Position numbers and translations under genes: made by a program. A model generated the notes under the pieces. It ran no database searches. It saw nothing but the letters and a program-made list of their open reading frames with translations, and was not told the origin of the DNA. Shown here piece by piece: positions 1 through 8,248 of a DNA stretch of 64,000 nt. The stretch is taken from sequence record ON286972.1. One strand, 5' to 3'. Within the stretch, counting starts at the first letter, position 1. Each line of letters starts with the position of its first letter.

Positions 1-48
1 ATTTCCTCCTTTATTCATTATACTATATTTAATCAAAAAAGAAAACCC

Positions 49-77
49 TTGACACCCTTTCAGTACTGATGTACTAT
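49..77 (+). promoter_or_regulatory. sigma70-type promoter for the family A array
   Basis: TTGACA-17-TACTAT, upstream of AGGAG SD and ATG 103. Confidence 0.7.
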
Positions 78-102
78 ATAAGAAATATAAGGAGAATCGT
101 AC

Positions 103-330
103 ATGCCATATGCTCTAAAGTACTACATCAATGAACTAAATGAACTAGAGTACGCAAAGGTTCTCTCTGACCAATCGTGGCTAATTGAACTAAAAAATAA
201 GAAGAGCACTGGGTGTAACCTTATGCTTGGTAGTGCACTGAACACCCTTACTGTGAGCATTGTACACAATACACTATTAGGGGATACCCGTAAACAATTT
301 TTAAACATCTTAGTACTAGTGGCTATATGA
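103..330 (+). CDS. small paralog family A protein
   Basis: SD AGGAG; KYY N-terminal and F..IL.L C-terminal motif. Confidence 0.75.
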   Translation: MPYALKYYINELNELEYAKVLSDQSWLIELKNKKSTGCNLMLGSALNTLTVSIVHNTLLGDTRKQFLNILVLVAI

Positions 331-527
331 ACATTAACCCGTACTACATCAATGCATTGCACCCTGGGCTACAAGATGCAATGAAGAACCAAAAAACAGT
401 ACTGAAAAATGCTAAACGCACTCCAGGACTCCTGAACTCAAACAGGAATAACCTCATCTGGAATGCAATAGAAGGTAACGAAAGTATGCAGTACTATTTC
501 ATCTTAACACTACTATTGGAGTACTAA
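327..527 (+). CDS. small paralog family A protein
   Basis: Overlapping start/stop; YY..L and QYY.IL.L motifs. Confidence 0.75.
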   Translation: MNINPYYINALHPGLQDAMKNQKTVLKNAKRTPGLLNSNRNNLIWNAIEGNESMQYYFILTLLLEY

Positions 528-528
528 T

Positions 529-738
529 ATGAAAACTGAACATAAAGAATTCTACACCAAATATCTCAGCAACGAAGAACAAATGTTTCTAAGGAGTGTA
601 CCACCTGTAAGTATAGACACACCCAACACAAGGAATTGCTTTAATAATTGTATACGTAGTACTCTAGAAGCTATTGAATACAATAACAAAAATATGCAGT
701 ACTCAAGTTTAATCGGACTAATATACTTCTATGAATAA
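529..738 (+). CDS. small paralog family A protein
   Basis: HKEFY N-terminus shared with neighbours. Confidence 0.8.
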   Translation: MKTEHKEFYTKYLSNEEQMFLRSVPPVSIDTPNTRNCFNNCIRSTLEAIEYNNKNMQYSSLIGLIYFYE

Positions 739-922
739 TCATAAAGATTTCTACTGTAGTAAACTACACGAACAATACAGGGACTCATTCCCTCAAGAAC
801 CTATGAGAAAGAATAGTCCCTTTTATAATTACGATTTCAGGTTGGAGACACGTTATGCAATAGAACAACCATTTACTTCAACTAAGTACCGCTCTATCCT
901 GAACCTCATCTTTAAGTTCTAA
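731..922 (+). CDS. small paralog family A protein
   Basis: HKDFY...Y..IL.LIF. Confidence 0.8.
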   Translation: MNNHKDFYCSKLHEQYRDSFPQEPMRKNSPFYNYDFRLETRYAIEQPFTSTKYRSILNLIFKF

Positions 923-933
923 AAAGGTACTAT

Positions 934-1143
934 ATGAAAATTACAAACATTCATCAGTACTACATAGATATTCTACCTAAAGATGTACAGTTCATCCTTA
1001 AACAAGAATTCAGTACTTTTAAAAAACTAAAAAGAACCGCACCTAATGTACTCATCCAGCACCAAAAAAATGTAGTTGATAATATTCTACAAGGTGCAAC
1101 AGGGACCGAGTACTTTAATATAGTAAGGCTAATTACATTATAA
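934..1143 (+). CDS. small paralog family A protein
   Basis: HQYY...YF.IV.LI. Confidence 0.75.
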   Translation: MKITNIHQYYIDILPKDVQFILKQEFSTFKKLKRTAPNVLIQHQKNVVDNILQGATGTEYFNIVRLITL

Positions 1144-1328
1144 TGAATCATATAAGCTACTATTACCAACAACTATCCGACAGGGACAAGTACAGCCACA
1201 ACTCCCATGTATGGTACTACAAACGCGGTAGTATAAGGGACAAACAACATTACTTCTGTACTGCTATAAAAGAAGTACTAACAACTAAGTACACGTACAG
1301 AGCAGTACTTAAACTTATTGAAATGTAG
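1143..1328 (+). CDS. small paralog family A protein
   Basis: YY.QL..D.Y...KYTYRAVLKLI. Confidence 0.75.
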   Translation: MNHISYYYQQLSDRDKYSHNSHVWYYKRGSIRDKQHYFCTAIKEVLTTKYTYRAVLKLIEM

Positions 1329-1336
1329 AGAATACA

Positions 1337-1516
1337 ATGCTAGAATACTACCTAAGCGTAATTTACCCAGAAGATAGATACGGCTTCAATTACTTCTCAA
1401 TGAGCTATCATTGTAGTTCGCAAAGAAAACAAAGAAAATTACTCCTGAATTGTACTAAATTGGCACAGGACGAAATGTTCACATATAATGAAGTACTGAA
1501 ACTAATTTCTATCTAA
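1337..1516 (+). CDS. small paralog family A protein (59 aa, below ORF-track cutoff)
   Basis: Translated by hand: MLEYYLSV...TYNEVLKLISI. Confidence 0.7.
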   Translation: MLEYYLSVIYPEDRYGFNYFSMSYHCSSQRKQRKLLLNCTKLAQDEMFTYNEVLKLISI

Positions 1517-1524
1517 GGTACACT

Positions 1525-1704
1525 ATGCAAGAATTCTATATCTATAAACTCCAGAACAAAGATAGATATATCTATAATCAATTCCAAAGGTACTACACAG
1601 TAGGGAACAAAAGAGATAAAAAACGATACCTGCTATCATGTACAGTAGAAGCACAAAACGAAAAGTACACGTACAGAGAAGTACTGAAACTAATCTCTAT
1701 ATAA
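1525..1704 (+). CDS. small paralog family A protein (59 aa)
   Basis: Translated by hand: MQEFYIYKL...TYREVLKLISI. Confidence 0.7.
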   Translation: MQEFYIYKLQNKDRYIYNQFQRYYTVGNKRDKKRYLLSCTVEAQNEKYTYREVLKLISI

Positions 1705-1714
1705 GGAATAAACT

Positions 1715-1894
1715 ATGCTAGAGTACTACACCGATAATCTCAGTACTAAGGATCGTTTCATGTACGACACCTTCGTGAAGTACTACAACCTGGGAACAAA
1801 AAGTACTAAAACTATTAATCTCAATAGCTGTATTCATCACGTCCTGACAAAAAATAACCCATACAGAGAAATAATCTCGCTTGTAACAGTATAA
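1715..1894 (+). CDS. small paralog family A protein (59 aa)
   Basis: Translated by hand: MLEYYTDNL...YREIISLVTV; SD AAGGA. Confidence 0.7.
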   Translation: MLEYYTDNLSTKDRFMYDTFVKYYNLGTKSTKTINLNSCIHHVLTKNNPYREIISLVTV

Positions 1895-1913
1895 GCAATT
1901 TAAGGAGACTAAA

Positions 1914-2585
1914 ATGAAACTCAATCCACAAAGCAAACGATACCTACAGCACTTTAAGTACCTGCAATCAATCCAGGCTGAATCTACCACTAATGCATAT
2001 ACTTATCATCCTAATGTACTAAAGAACCTAAAGAAAAGTAAAAAAACCAGTACAAATGGAGTTAACGTATCAAAGAACCTTGAATTGTACATGAAGAAAA
2101 ATAATATAGCTGTTCATTATATGAATATCTATAATACTGATTTAAAAGTATTGAGTACTAATACGAGCATGAAGGTACTAAAGAACGCATCCTTCATCAT
2201 CCATATGCAGTTGGATAATACCCCGTGCACTTTAATGCTATACTTCGGGAATACATACTTCTTCGGGAATTGTAACACCTCCCACGATGTCAATACAGCA
2301 CAATTCCAAATGGGTGGCATATACAGTATGGGTTCAGAAGAAATACACGATAACATGCATTTCTTCCAACAGCAACGTACAGAAGAAACTAAATCAATTG
2401 TAGAATTCCTCAAAGAACTACAAGGCAAAGAATTATCAGAAGAAGAACTATTCATGTACAGTACTGTAATCAATAATCCTGTACTGTACAAAAACGCGTA
2501 CAATCTAACAAAACATGTACATGAACTTATCAGTACTAATAAGAAAATTCATCACCTCATTACGTATATTACAAACTATGTATAA
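1914..2585 (+). CDS. hypothetical protein with FQxS-like motif
   Basis: SD AAGGAG; ELSEEELFMYSTV. Confidence 0.8.
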   Translation: MKLNPQSKRYLQHFKYLQSIQAESTTNAYTYHPNVLKNLKKSKKTSTNGVNVSKNLELYMKKNNIAVHYMNIYNTDLKVLSTNTSMKVLKNASFIIHMQLDNTPCTLMLYFGNTYFFGNCNTSHDVNTAQFQMGGIYSMGSEEIHDNMHFFQQQRTEETKSIVEFLKELQGKELSEEELFMYSTVINNPVLYKNAYNLTKHVHELISTNKKIHHLITYITNYV

Positions 2586-2760
2586 AGAATACTACATAAG
2601 TTTTCTTAGTATTGATCTACAAAAGCTTATTCCCCAAAAACCTGTAGATTTCAAAGATAAGAGCCAAACTATATTCTACCGATATCAAACAGAATCTGCA
2701 ATAAATGAAGATGATATCTATAACCTGTACAATGTACTAACACTTATATACAGGTACTAA
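2578..2760 (+). CDS. small paralog family A protein
   Basis: MYKEYY start at 2578 rather than 2515. Confidence 0.8.
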   Translation: MYKEYYISFLSIDLQKLIPQKPVDFKDKSQTIFYRYQTESAINEDDIYNLYNVLTLIYRY

Positions 2761-2761
2761 T

Positions 2762-2950
2762 ATGCATAAAGAATACTACACAAAATATTTCCCAATGTAC
2801 CTCAGAACTAATCTATTAGATAAACCTCGCGGTATCAATACACAAAACGATAAAAAGTACTTTACTATGTGCACTAAAGCATGTATACAAGATTATGATA
2901 GCTATCATCGAGTACTGTACCACACCCTGTACCTCGCATTCGTGTACTAA
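2762..2950 (+). CDS. small paralog family A protein
   Basis: MHKEYY...LYHTLYLAF. Confidence 0.8.
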   Translation: MHKEYYTKYFPMYLRTNLLDKPRGINTQNDKKYFTMCTKACIQDYDSYHRVLYHTLYLAFVY

Positions 2951-2959
2951 GGAAATCAT

Positions 2960-3160
2960 ATGCATAAAGAATACTACATAAAAGAACTACCAAAGTTTCT
3001 ACAAGGCAATCTATTAGATGATGAACCTCGCGACATTAACTGTATATACGAAGCTGATTACTTCCGTACATGTACTGAACAAGTACTTAATGAAGAAGTT
3101 AATGAAAACAATTCTCAAGTACAACTGTACCACACTCTGTATCTCGCGTTCCAGTACTAA
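2960..3160 (+). CDS. small paralog family A protein
   Basis: MHKEYY...LYHTLYLAF, close paralog of 2762. Confidence 0.8.
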   Translation: MHKEYYIKELPKFLQGNLLDDEPRDINCIYEADYFRTCTEQVLNEEVNENNSQVQLYHTLYLAFQY

Positions 3161-3168
3161 GGACTAAT

Positions 3169-3351
3169 ATGTATAAAGAATTTTATAAAGATCATCTCCC
3201 AATGCATCTCCAACACCTTGTACCAACAGAACCAATAGGAATAAAAGATCACGCAAAGATAATGTTCCAACAATGTACTAAGTACACCCTAATATATGAT
3301 GACAATCCATATATGCTGTACTACATGGTAATGCTAACATTCAGGTACTAA
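3169..3351 (+). CDS. small paralog family A protein
   Basis: MYKEFY...LTFRY. Confidence 0.8.
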   Translation: MYKEFYKDHLPMHLQHLVPTEPIGIKDHAKIMFQQCTKYTLIYDDNPYMLYYMVMLTFRY

Positions 3352-3352
3352 T

Positions 3353-3553
3353 ATGTATAAAGAATACTATATGAGTAAACTATCAACCACCGAAAGAATC
3401 TGGTGCGGAGCCGCCGCCCCCGTTAATCCAAAAAGTGCATACGCAAAAATGTGCTTTAGGAAAGCTACAACGAACTCAATTGAAGCTCTAGAACAAGATA
3501 ACACTAAAGCACTATACTCTAACCTAATGTTGCTAGTATATATCTATGGATAA
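3353..3553 (+). CDS. small paralog family A protein
   Basis: MYKEYY motif. Confidence 0.8.
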   Translation: MYKEYYMSKLSTTERIWCGAAAPVNPKSAYAKMCFRKATTNSIEALEQDNTKALYSNLMLLVYIYG

Positions 3554-3734
3554 TTATAAAGAATTCTACTTAAGTACTCTCCCTACAGTACTATCACTTA
3601 GTGCTCAATATAAAGTTCCCCTGGATAATGCATACTCCAAGTATAACTACTCCCTAACTGTTAAACGCTGTATAGAGAATCTTAGCAGTACTAATCAGTA
3701 CTATAACATCGTACTACTTATATTCAGGTACTAA
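3546..3734 (+). CDS. small paralog family A protein
   Basis: YKEFY...LLIFRY. Confidence 0.8.
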   Translation: MDNYKEFYLSTLPTVLSLSAQYKVPLDNAYSKYNYSLTVKRCIENLSSTNQYYNIVLLIFRY

Positions 3735-3735
3735 T

Positions 3736-3921
3736 ATGTATAAAGAATACTATAAACAATTTGTTAAAGAGAACTACAAACATGCCGTCCCCGTAATCCC
3801 TTTAAATTCCCATGACCCAAGTTCTATATTCTTGTTTAAGGACGCAATACGTACAGTACTCAATACTAAAGATGAACAGGTGCAGTACGTATTCTTACTA
3901 TTACTTATATACAGACACTAA
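3736..3921 (+). CDS. small paralog family A protein
   Basis: MYKEYY...LLIYR. Confidence 0.8.
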   Translation: MYKEYYKQFVKENYKHAVPVIPLNSHDPSSIFLFKDAIRTVLNTKDEQVQYVFLLLLIYRH

Positions 3922-3938
3922 AGCACTAAGGCACTAAT

Positions 3939-4139
3939 ATGAATAAAGAACATAAAGACTTCTATATAAGAGAACTCAAAGAGAATGAACAAGTATGGAT
4001 TAAATCTCTCATAGAACTACCCTTTAATAGATATGAATTGTATAGATGTACTAATATAGCAATAGACCCTCCTCCTTTTGAAGAGAATGTAGAGTACAAA
4101 CAGTACTACTATATCTTAATGCTTATATATAGGAAGTAA
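3939..4139 (+). CDS. small paralog family A protein
   Basis: HKDFY...QYYYILMLIYR. Confidence 0.8.
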   Translation: MNKEHKDFYIRELKENEQVWIKSLIELPFNRYELYRCTNIAIDPPPFEENVEYKQYYYILMLIYRK

Positions 4140-4800
4140 TATAGCTAGGGGAAGCTCCATAGTGCAAGCATTATACAGGCTTTAACATATGTTGCATATG
4201 TTAAAATTCAGCCTGGACAAATGCGATCACTAGGATTCTCCCCAGGCTAAACCCCGTAATCATAGGTAGTCATAAGTAATCATATATAAACATTTAAGTA
4301 ATCATTTATAATCATGGTAGTGATTAGTATTGAGTACTAGAGTGTAATAGAGTACAGGAAAGTATTCAGTACTGAAGGATTACCCCTATATGATTCAGTA
4401 CTGATATCCCACTAAGTAGGCAAATGAAGTCGCCCAAAATTTACATAATTTTACAGTACTGAACAATTGCAAAACAAATCATTTCCAATCAAAAGTAATC
4501 ACGGAATGACCAGTACTGAAAACTCCCAATCACCTATTCAAAAAAGTTCAATTTACCCTTCGTCAAAAATCCCGAATACCCATTGGGGAAAATTCCGAAT
4601 ACCCCTTGAGGCTCCAGCAAAAAGTTGGTTAGTACTCCATCGTAAATCTGGATCGTAAAAATTTTGGAGTACCTATGAAATAAAAGTTGGATCTTCGAAA
4701 GTTGAAATTTACATTGGGACATATAGGATTAGTGGGATATAATGAGTTTTGAAGAGATACAGAGTATACGATTTCAGTACTGAATGGTGAAAGAAAGTTA

Positions 4801-4828
4801 TTGACTTTATGATTCAGTACTGTATAAT
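4801..4828 (+). promoter_or_regulatory. sigma70-type promoter with no ORF downstream
   Basis: TTGACT-16-TATAAT followed by the ACAT start motif of the early promoters. Confidence 0.75.
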
Positions 4829-4833
4829 GTTCT

Positions 4834-4949
4834 ACATAGAGTGATGGATTGCCGCAAACAATTCAGAGCCTTAACCCTCCTGTCGTGAGACAGTACAGAA
4901 GAGATTGAATCCTCCTATGCAGTGGTTCATCTTTGACAACCTCTTTTTT
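4834..4949 (+). ncRNA. candidate ~115-nt structured small RNA
   Basis: Strong promoter, no ORF, self-complementary ends, CUGUC-GUGA-GACAG GNRA hairpin, U-run at 3' end. Confidence 0.5.
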
Positions 4950-5202
4950 CGTAATATAAACAGTACTGTTATTAACAGAATGGTAGCAGTACTGATATTA
5001 ATCTAATATAATGTTACCATGCAATGTGGTGAATTCCCCTTAACAGTATTCAGTACTACATGATAGTCTTCATCCTCCTAGGGTAACATAGTGAGGGCTA
5101 TGATGGCAGTACTGAATACTCCCTTCTTAAAGATAGATCTATGGTATAGTACTGACGGATTTTGGGCGTAGTAACCCTGGGTGGATTTTGGACGTAGAGA
5201 TG

Positions 5203-5352
5203 TCTAGACCTCCAGATGGCTGGAAGTAAAGATGGCTATCCCTCTAGACGGCTAGACGGCTGGATGGCTAGATTTCTAGATGGCTGTACTGCTAGACGTT
5301 TGGACGGCTAAACGGCTAGATGGTTACACGTCTGGATGTATAGACGGCTAAA
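5203..5352. repeat. degenerate 8-bp tandem repeat (CTAGAYGG)n
   Basis: ctagacgg ctagacgg ctggatgg ctagat...ctagatgg...ctaaacgg ctagatgg. Confidence 0.8.
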
Positions 5353-5530
5353 TCAAAATTTTATACTGTTTTTTTCCATTAGTTCCCCTACCGCGTGGGG
5401 ATGGTTTCCCCGCAGTATCTGGAGTTAGATTTTTCTGAATCTGGAATCATTATCTAATAAACTGGGGGCAATGTCAACCGCCTGGATGAATATTTTTAAA
5501 AAATAATCTAGTACTGAATTTTGGGCGTAA

Positions 5531-5603
5531 CTATGCACCCGGTGGGCTAGAGTCTTTCTCGACTTGATGAAATAATTATAGCAGTACTGGAAAAATAAAG
5601 CAA
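5531..5603 (-). ncRNA. promoter + two-hairpin RCCC-ANN-GGGUGC unit, antisense
   Basis: TTGCTT-17-TATAAT on minus strand, then AGUC/GACU hairpin and CUAGCCCACCGGGUGC. Confidence 0.55.
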
Positions 5604-5636
5604 TACCCTGGATGCAAAAAGTTTTAATTAATTTGC

Positions 5637-5716
5637 TTGCCATCCTGGGGCGTACTATGGTACTATGATTCAGTACTGAGAAAGTGCTTTGACCTGCTAG
5701 GGTGCGGGAGTGTATC
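5637..5716 (+). ncRNA. promoter + two-hairpin GGGUGC unit (variant)
   Basis: TTGCCA-18-TACTAT; AGUACU/AGUGCU hairpin; GACCUGCUAGGGUGCGGGAGUGUAUC. Confidence 0.45.
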
Positions 5717-5741
5717 CTTTTTAAATTTTATGAATTTTGGA

Positions 5742-5818
5742 CGGATCTTCCCACCCCCTGGGGTATCCGCTTTCTCGCGTCTATGTAGTAATTATACGCT
5801 TTTTTAGTACTGAGTCAA
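5742..5818 (-). ncRNA. promoter + two-hairpin unit (variant), antisense
   Basis: TTGACT-16-TATAAT on minus strand; CGC-GAGAAA-GCG; ACCCCAGGGGGU. Confidence 0.45.
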
Positions 5819-6137
5819 TAGCTAAAAACAAAATAATTGAAAATAATTTAACGCGTTTAAACGGCCCGTAAAGCCCTGGATTGGTGGGAGTGGTGCAAAT
5901 GTATAGCTTAGGTGTATTAATGCGTTAGAACGCGATTGAGGCCGTTTTAATGGTATAGTACTGAATAATTGTACTCACTGGATTGATTCAGTACTGAATG
6001 ATAGTACTCCTATATAGAAAGAAAACTATTTTAAAAGTATTTGTAGAAAGTACTTGCATACTATGTTTAACGGCGTATAATGTTTTACATCGAGACGGGG
6101 GAAACGCTCCTAACTCACTTTAATAGGAATTAAAACG

Positions 6138-6500
6138 ATGGCGACTCAAATCACTAAAATCATTGCTAACCTGGTTAACTTTCGCGAAGAGATGAAAGAT
6201 CTTCCGGCTGAGACTGTAAAGATTCATATTTCAGCTTATCGGGAATTGATTGCAATGTTGCCGCTTAAGCGTGAACAATACGCCGCTACTGTGATGCTTG
6301 ATGCGATGATCCACAAGATGATTGCCAGTGATTTAACGATGGCTTATCAGTACATGGGCGAACTATTTGCGGTGTATAGTAAACCAGTGCCTGGGATGGA
6401 AAGTACCGAAGTATTGCACGGCTTAAACTTAAAACAAGATGCATGGGATAATATGCCTCGTTTCCTGGTATGGGCTGACAGTGGCAAGATTTACGAATAA
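6138..6500 (+). CDS. early hypothetical protein
   Basis: Own promoter and SD. Confidence 0.85.
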   Translation: MATQITKIIANLVNFREEMKDLPAETVKIHISAYRELIAMLPLKREQYAATVMLDAMIHKMIASDLTMAYQYMGELFAVYSKPVPGMESTEVLHGLNLKQDAWDNMPRFLVWADSGKIYE

Positions 6501-6594
6501 GTTTTAAAAAGTACTTGCATACTAAGTTTAAAAGCGTATAATACTTTCTATCAGGTGGGGAATAGTTCCCCACTATAATTAAGAGATTAATTTT

Positions 6595-6828
6595 ATGAGT
6601 ACTATCTTAACTGTTTCTCAATCCGTTGCACTGGCTGAATTGATGGAAGCTCTGAGCCGTTGCACTGAGGTTGGCTTGTTTGATGTGGTTGACGTTGCAC
6701 CGGACGTTATTAATCATTTTTGTGATGCAATGGAAGAGTGCAAGGAAGATGATAGCCGTATGATGGCGGCCACCTTTGAGGAAGTACAGCCAGGTGAGAT
6801 CAAAGGTTTACCAGTACTGAAAAAATAG
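6595..6828 (+). CDS. early hypothetical protein (acidic)
   Basis: Own promoter/hairpin cassette. Confidence 0.8.
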   Translation: MSTILTVSQSVALAELMEALSRCTEVGLFDVVDVAPDVINHFCDAMEECKEDDSRMMAATFEEVQPGEIKGLPVLKK

Positions 6829-6914
6829 TACTTGCAAACTAAGTTTAAAAGCGTATAATACTTTACATCGAGGCGGGGGAATGGTTCCCCGCTCAATCAA
6901 ACGAGGATTTAAAA

Positions 6915-7154
6915 ATGGCTAAATCAAAAATGTTCTTAGGTCACAAAAACAAAACTCAATGGAATGTAAGCCTTTGGATTAATAACGATGAATCATTATA
7001 CCGGTTGGCCCAGGACTTTATTGCCGCTAACACTAATCGCAATGATGCGGCCCGTCATATGATGCTATTTTTAGAACAGACTGGACAAGATAAAACGCCG
7101 GACGGATTCAAGTACAGTACTACGGCGATCCGTGCGGCGATGGTTGGAATGTAA
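6915..7154 (+). CDS. early conserved phage protein (WNVSLWINND...TPDG motif)
   Basis: Motif recognised from a widespread phage hypothetical family; SD GAGG. Confidence 0.85.
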   Translation: MAKSKMFLGHKNKTQWNVSLWINNDESLYRLAQDFIAANTNRNDAARHMMLFLEQTGQDKTPDGFKYSTTAIRAAMVGM

Positions 7155-7236
7155 TAGAATAGATTTAAAGTACTATTGCACGGTGATAGTACTTTATAAT
7201 AGGATTTTATTCATACATCAACGATGGGGTAACAGC

Positions 7237-7500
7237 ATGAATATTATATACTTTGCAACGCGTGAACAAGCTCGGATCGCCGCTCGCCAGGACGGGGCAA
7301 CGTTTAAAGATATGGGCGTGCAATCGGAACGTGGTAAACGTTGGGCGGTAGTAAAGCAAAGTACAGCCAGATCCTTACAGTACTGGTTAGCGGCGTTAAA
7401 AAGTCCTGCTAGTGTATCGCGTCGAGTGGTAGAAATAAAGCACGACCGCAAGGGCAACCGTGTTACTGTGTACAGTACTAAAAAGATAGCAGTACTATAA
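7237..7500 (+). CDS. early hypothetical protein, paralog of 19204
   Basis: FATRE.AR...KDMG...RWAV and HDRKGNRVTVYS shared. Confidence 0.8.
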   Translation: MNIIYFATREQARIAARQDGATFKDMGVQSERGKRWAVVKQSTARSLQYWLAALKSPASVSRRVVEIKHDRKGNRVTVYSTKKIAVL

Positions 7501-7589
7501 AAAAAGTACTTGCAAAGTAATTAGATTAATGTATAATACTTTCTATCAGGTGGGGAATACTTCCCCACTACAATGAAGAGGATTTTAAA

Positions 7590-7820
7590 ATGGCTATTAT
7601 GTATATGACCGAAGTTAAAACCGTAAAAGATACTACCACTAATAAAACTACTTACTTACAGCGGGTATGCGGTGTATGGCAACGTATTAGTAAAGCAAAG
7701 TACTATAAATTAACTTCATATGCTAATCGTTCGGATTCATTCAGTACTGAAATAAAAGGTAATAAATTACACCAATACGGCACTTATTATTATTATAGCC
7801 TGGACGCGATTGCAGTCTAA
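7590..7820 (+). CDS. early hypothetical protein
   Basis: Own cassette, SD GAGG. Confidence 0.8.
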   Translation: MAIMYMTEVKTVKDTTTNKTTYLQRVCGVWQRISKAKYYKLTSYANRSDSFSTEIKGNKLHQYGTYYYYSLDAIAV

Positions 7821-7850
7821 GCAGTTTACAAATCTTTACAATTGCCAGTA

Positions 7851-7927
7851 TTGACTTATTTTGTCAGTACTGGCATAATGTATCTATTGAAACGAACAAT
7901 TTGGCCCACGGGGTGCGGGAGTGTATC
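7851..7927 (+). ncRNA. promoter + two-hairpin GGGUGC unit
   Basis: TTGACT-17-CATAAT; AUUG/CAAU hairpin; GGCCCACGGGGUGCGGGAGUGUAUC. Confidence 0.55.
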
Positions 7928-7961
7928 TATAGAAAAAGTAGTTTAGTACAGTTACAATTGT

Positions 7962-8023
7962 GCACCCTATGGGTTAGCTGTTGTCATGGGGTATATTATA
8001 CCAGTACTGGATAGTGCTGTCAA
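7962..8023 (-). ncRNA. promoter + GGGUGC unit, antisense and convergent with 7851
   Basis: TTGACA-17-TATAAT on minus strand; CUAACCCAUAGGGUGC. Confidence 0.55.
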
Positions 8024-8103
8024 TACCTTTTTTTTACTATTCAGTACTGAAAACTATTTTTAAAAAGTACTTGCAAACTATGTTTAAAGGCGTATAATGT
8101 TTT

Positions 8104-8180
8104 ACATCAGGACGGGGAACGAAATAAGTAACTCCCCATTAAGTAGCCCAGGAGTAAGGCACACGAAAAACTCCCCTGAT
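8104..8180 (+). ncRNA. pseudoknotted small RNA, copy 1
   Basis: Between two tandem promoters; GCC/GGC stem, loop GGAG pairs with CUCC; AUCAGG/CCUGAU closing stem. Confidence 0.65.
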
Positions 8181-8248
8181 AAAATAGTTTGAAAATTGTT
8201 TTTAAAAGCGTATAATACTTACATCAACTACTGAATGAGGGTTACAAA

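Noticed and set aside
4467-4722. ORFs 4467-4658 (+) and 4534-4722 (-)
   Set aside because: They lie over a repeat-rich non-coding zone, have no SD, and their translations reflect the repeats.
4851-4874. GCA AAC resembling the tmRNA resume codons, and GCAAAC resembling c-di-GMP-I riboswitches
   Set aside because: No tRNA-like ends, no matching tag peptide and no complete riboswitch architecture.
4882-4894. GTCGTGAGACAGT identical to 23S rRNA helix 93
   Set aside because: A 13-nt match to some rRNA segment is expected by chance, and there is no further rRNA similarity.
7176-7200. Promoter TTGCAC...TATAAT
   Set aside because: The spacer is only 13 bp; it looks like a deleted copy of the 19131 promoter, so it is not counted as functional.
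8104-8180. Calling the pseudoknot RNA a twister ribozyme, hammerhead or preQ1-I riboswitch
   Set aside because: It lacks the twister T2/AAGC core, the hammerhead CUGANGA and the preQ1 loop consensus; left unassigned.
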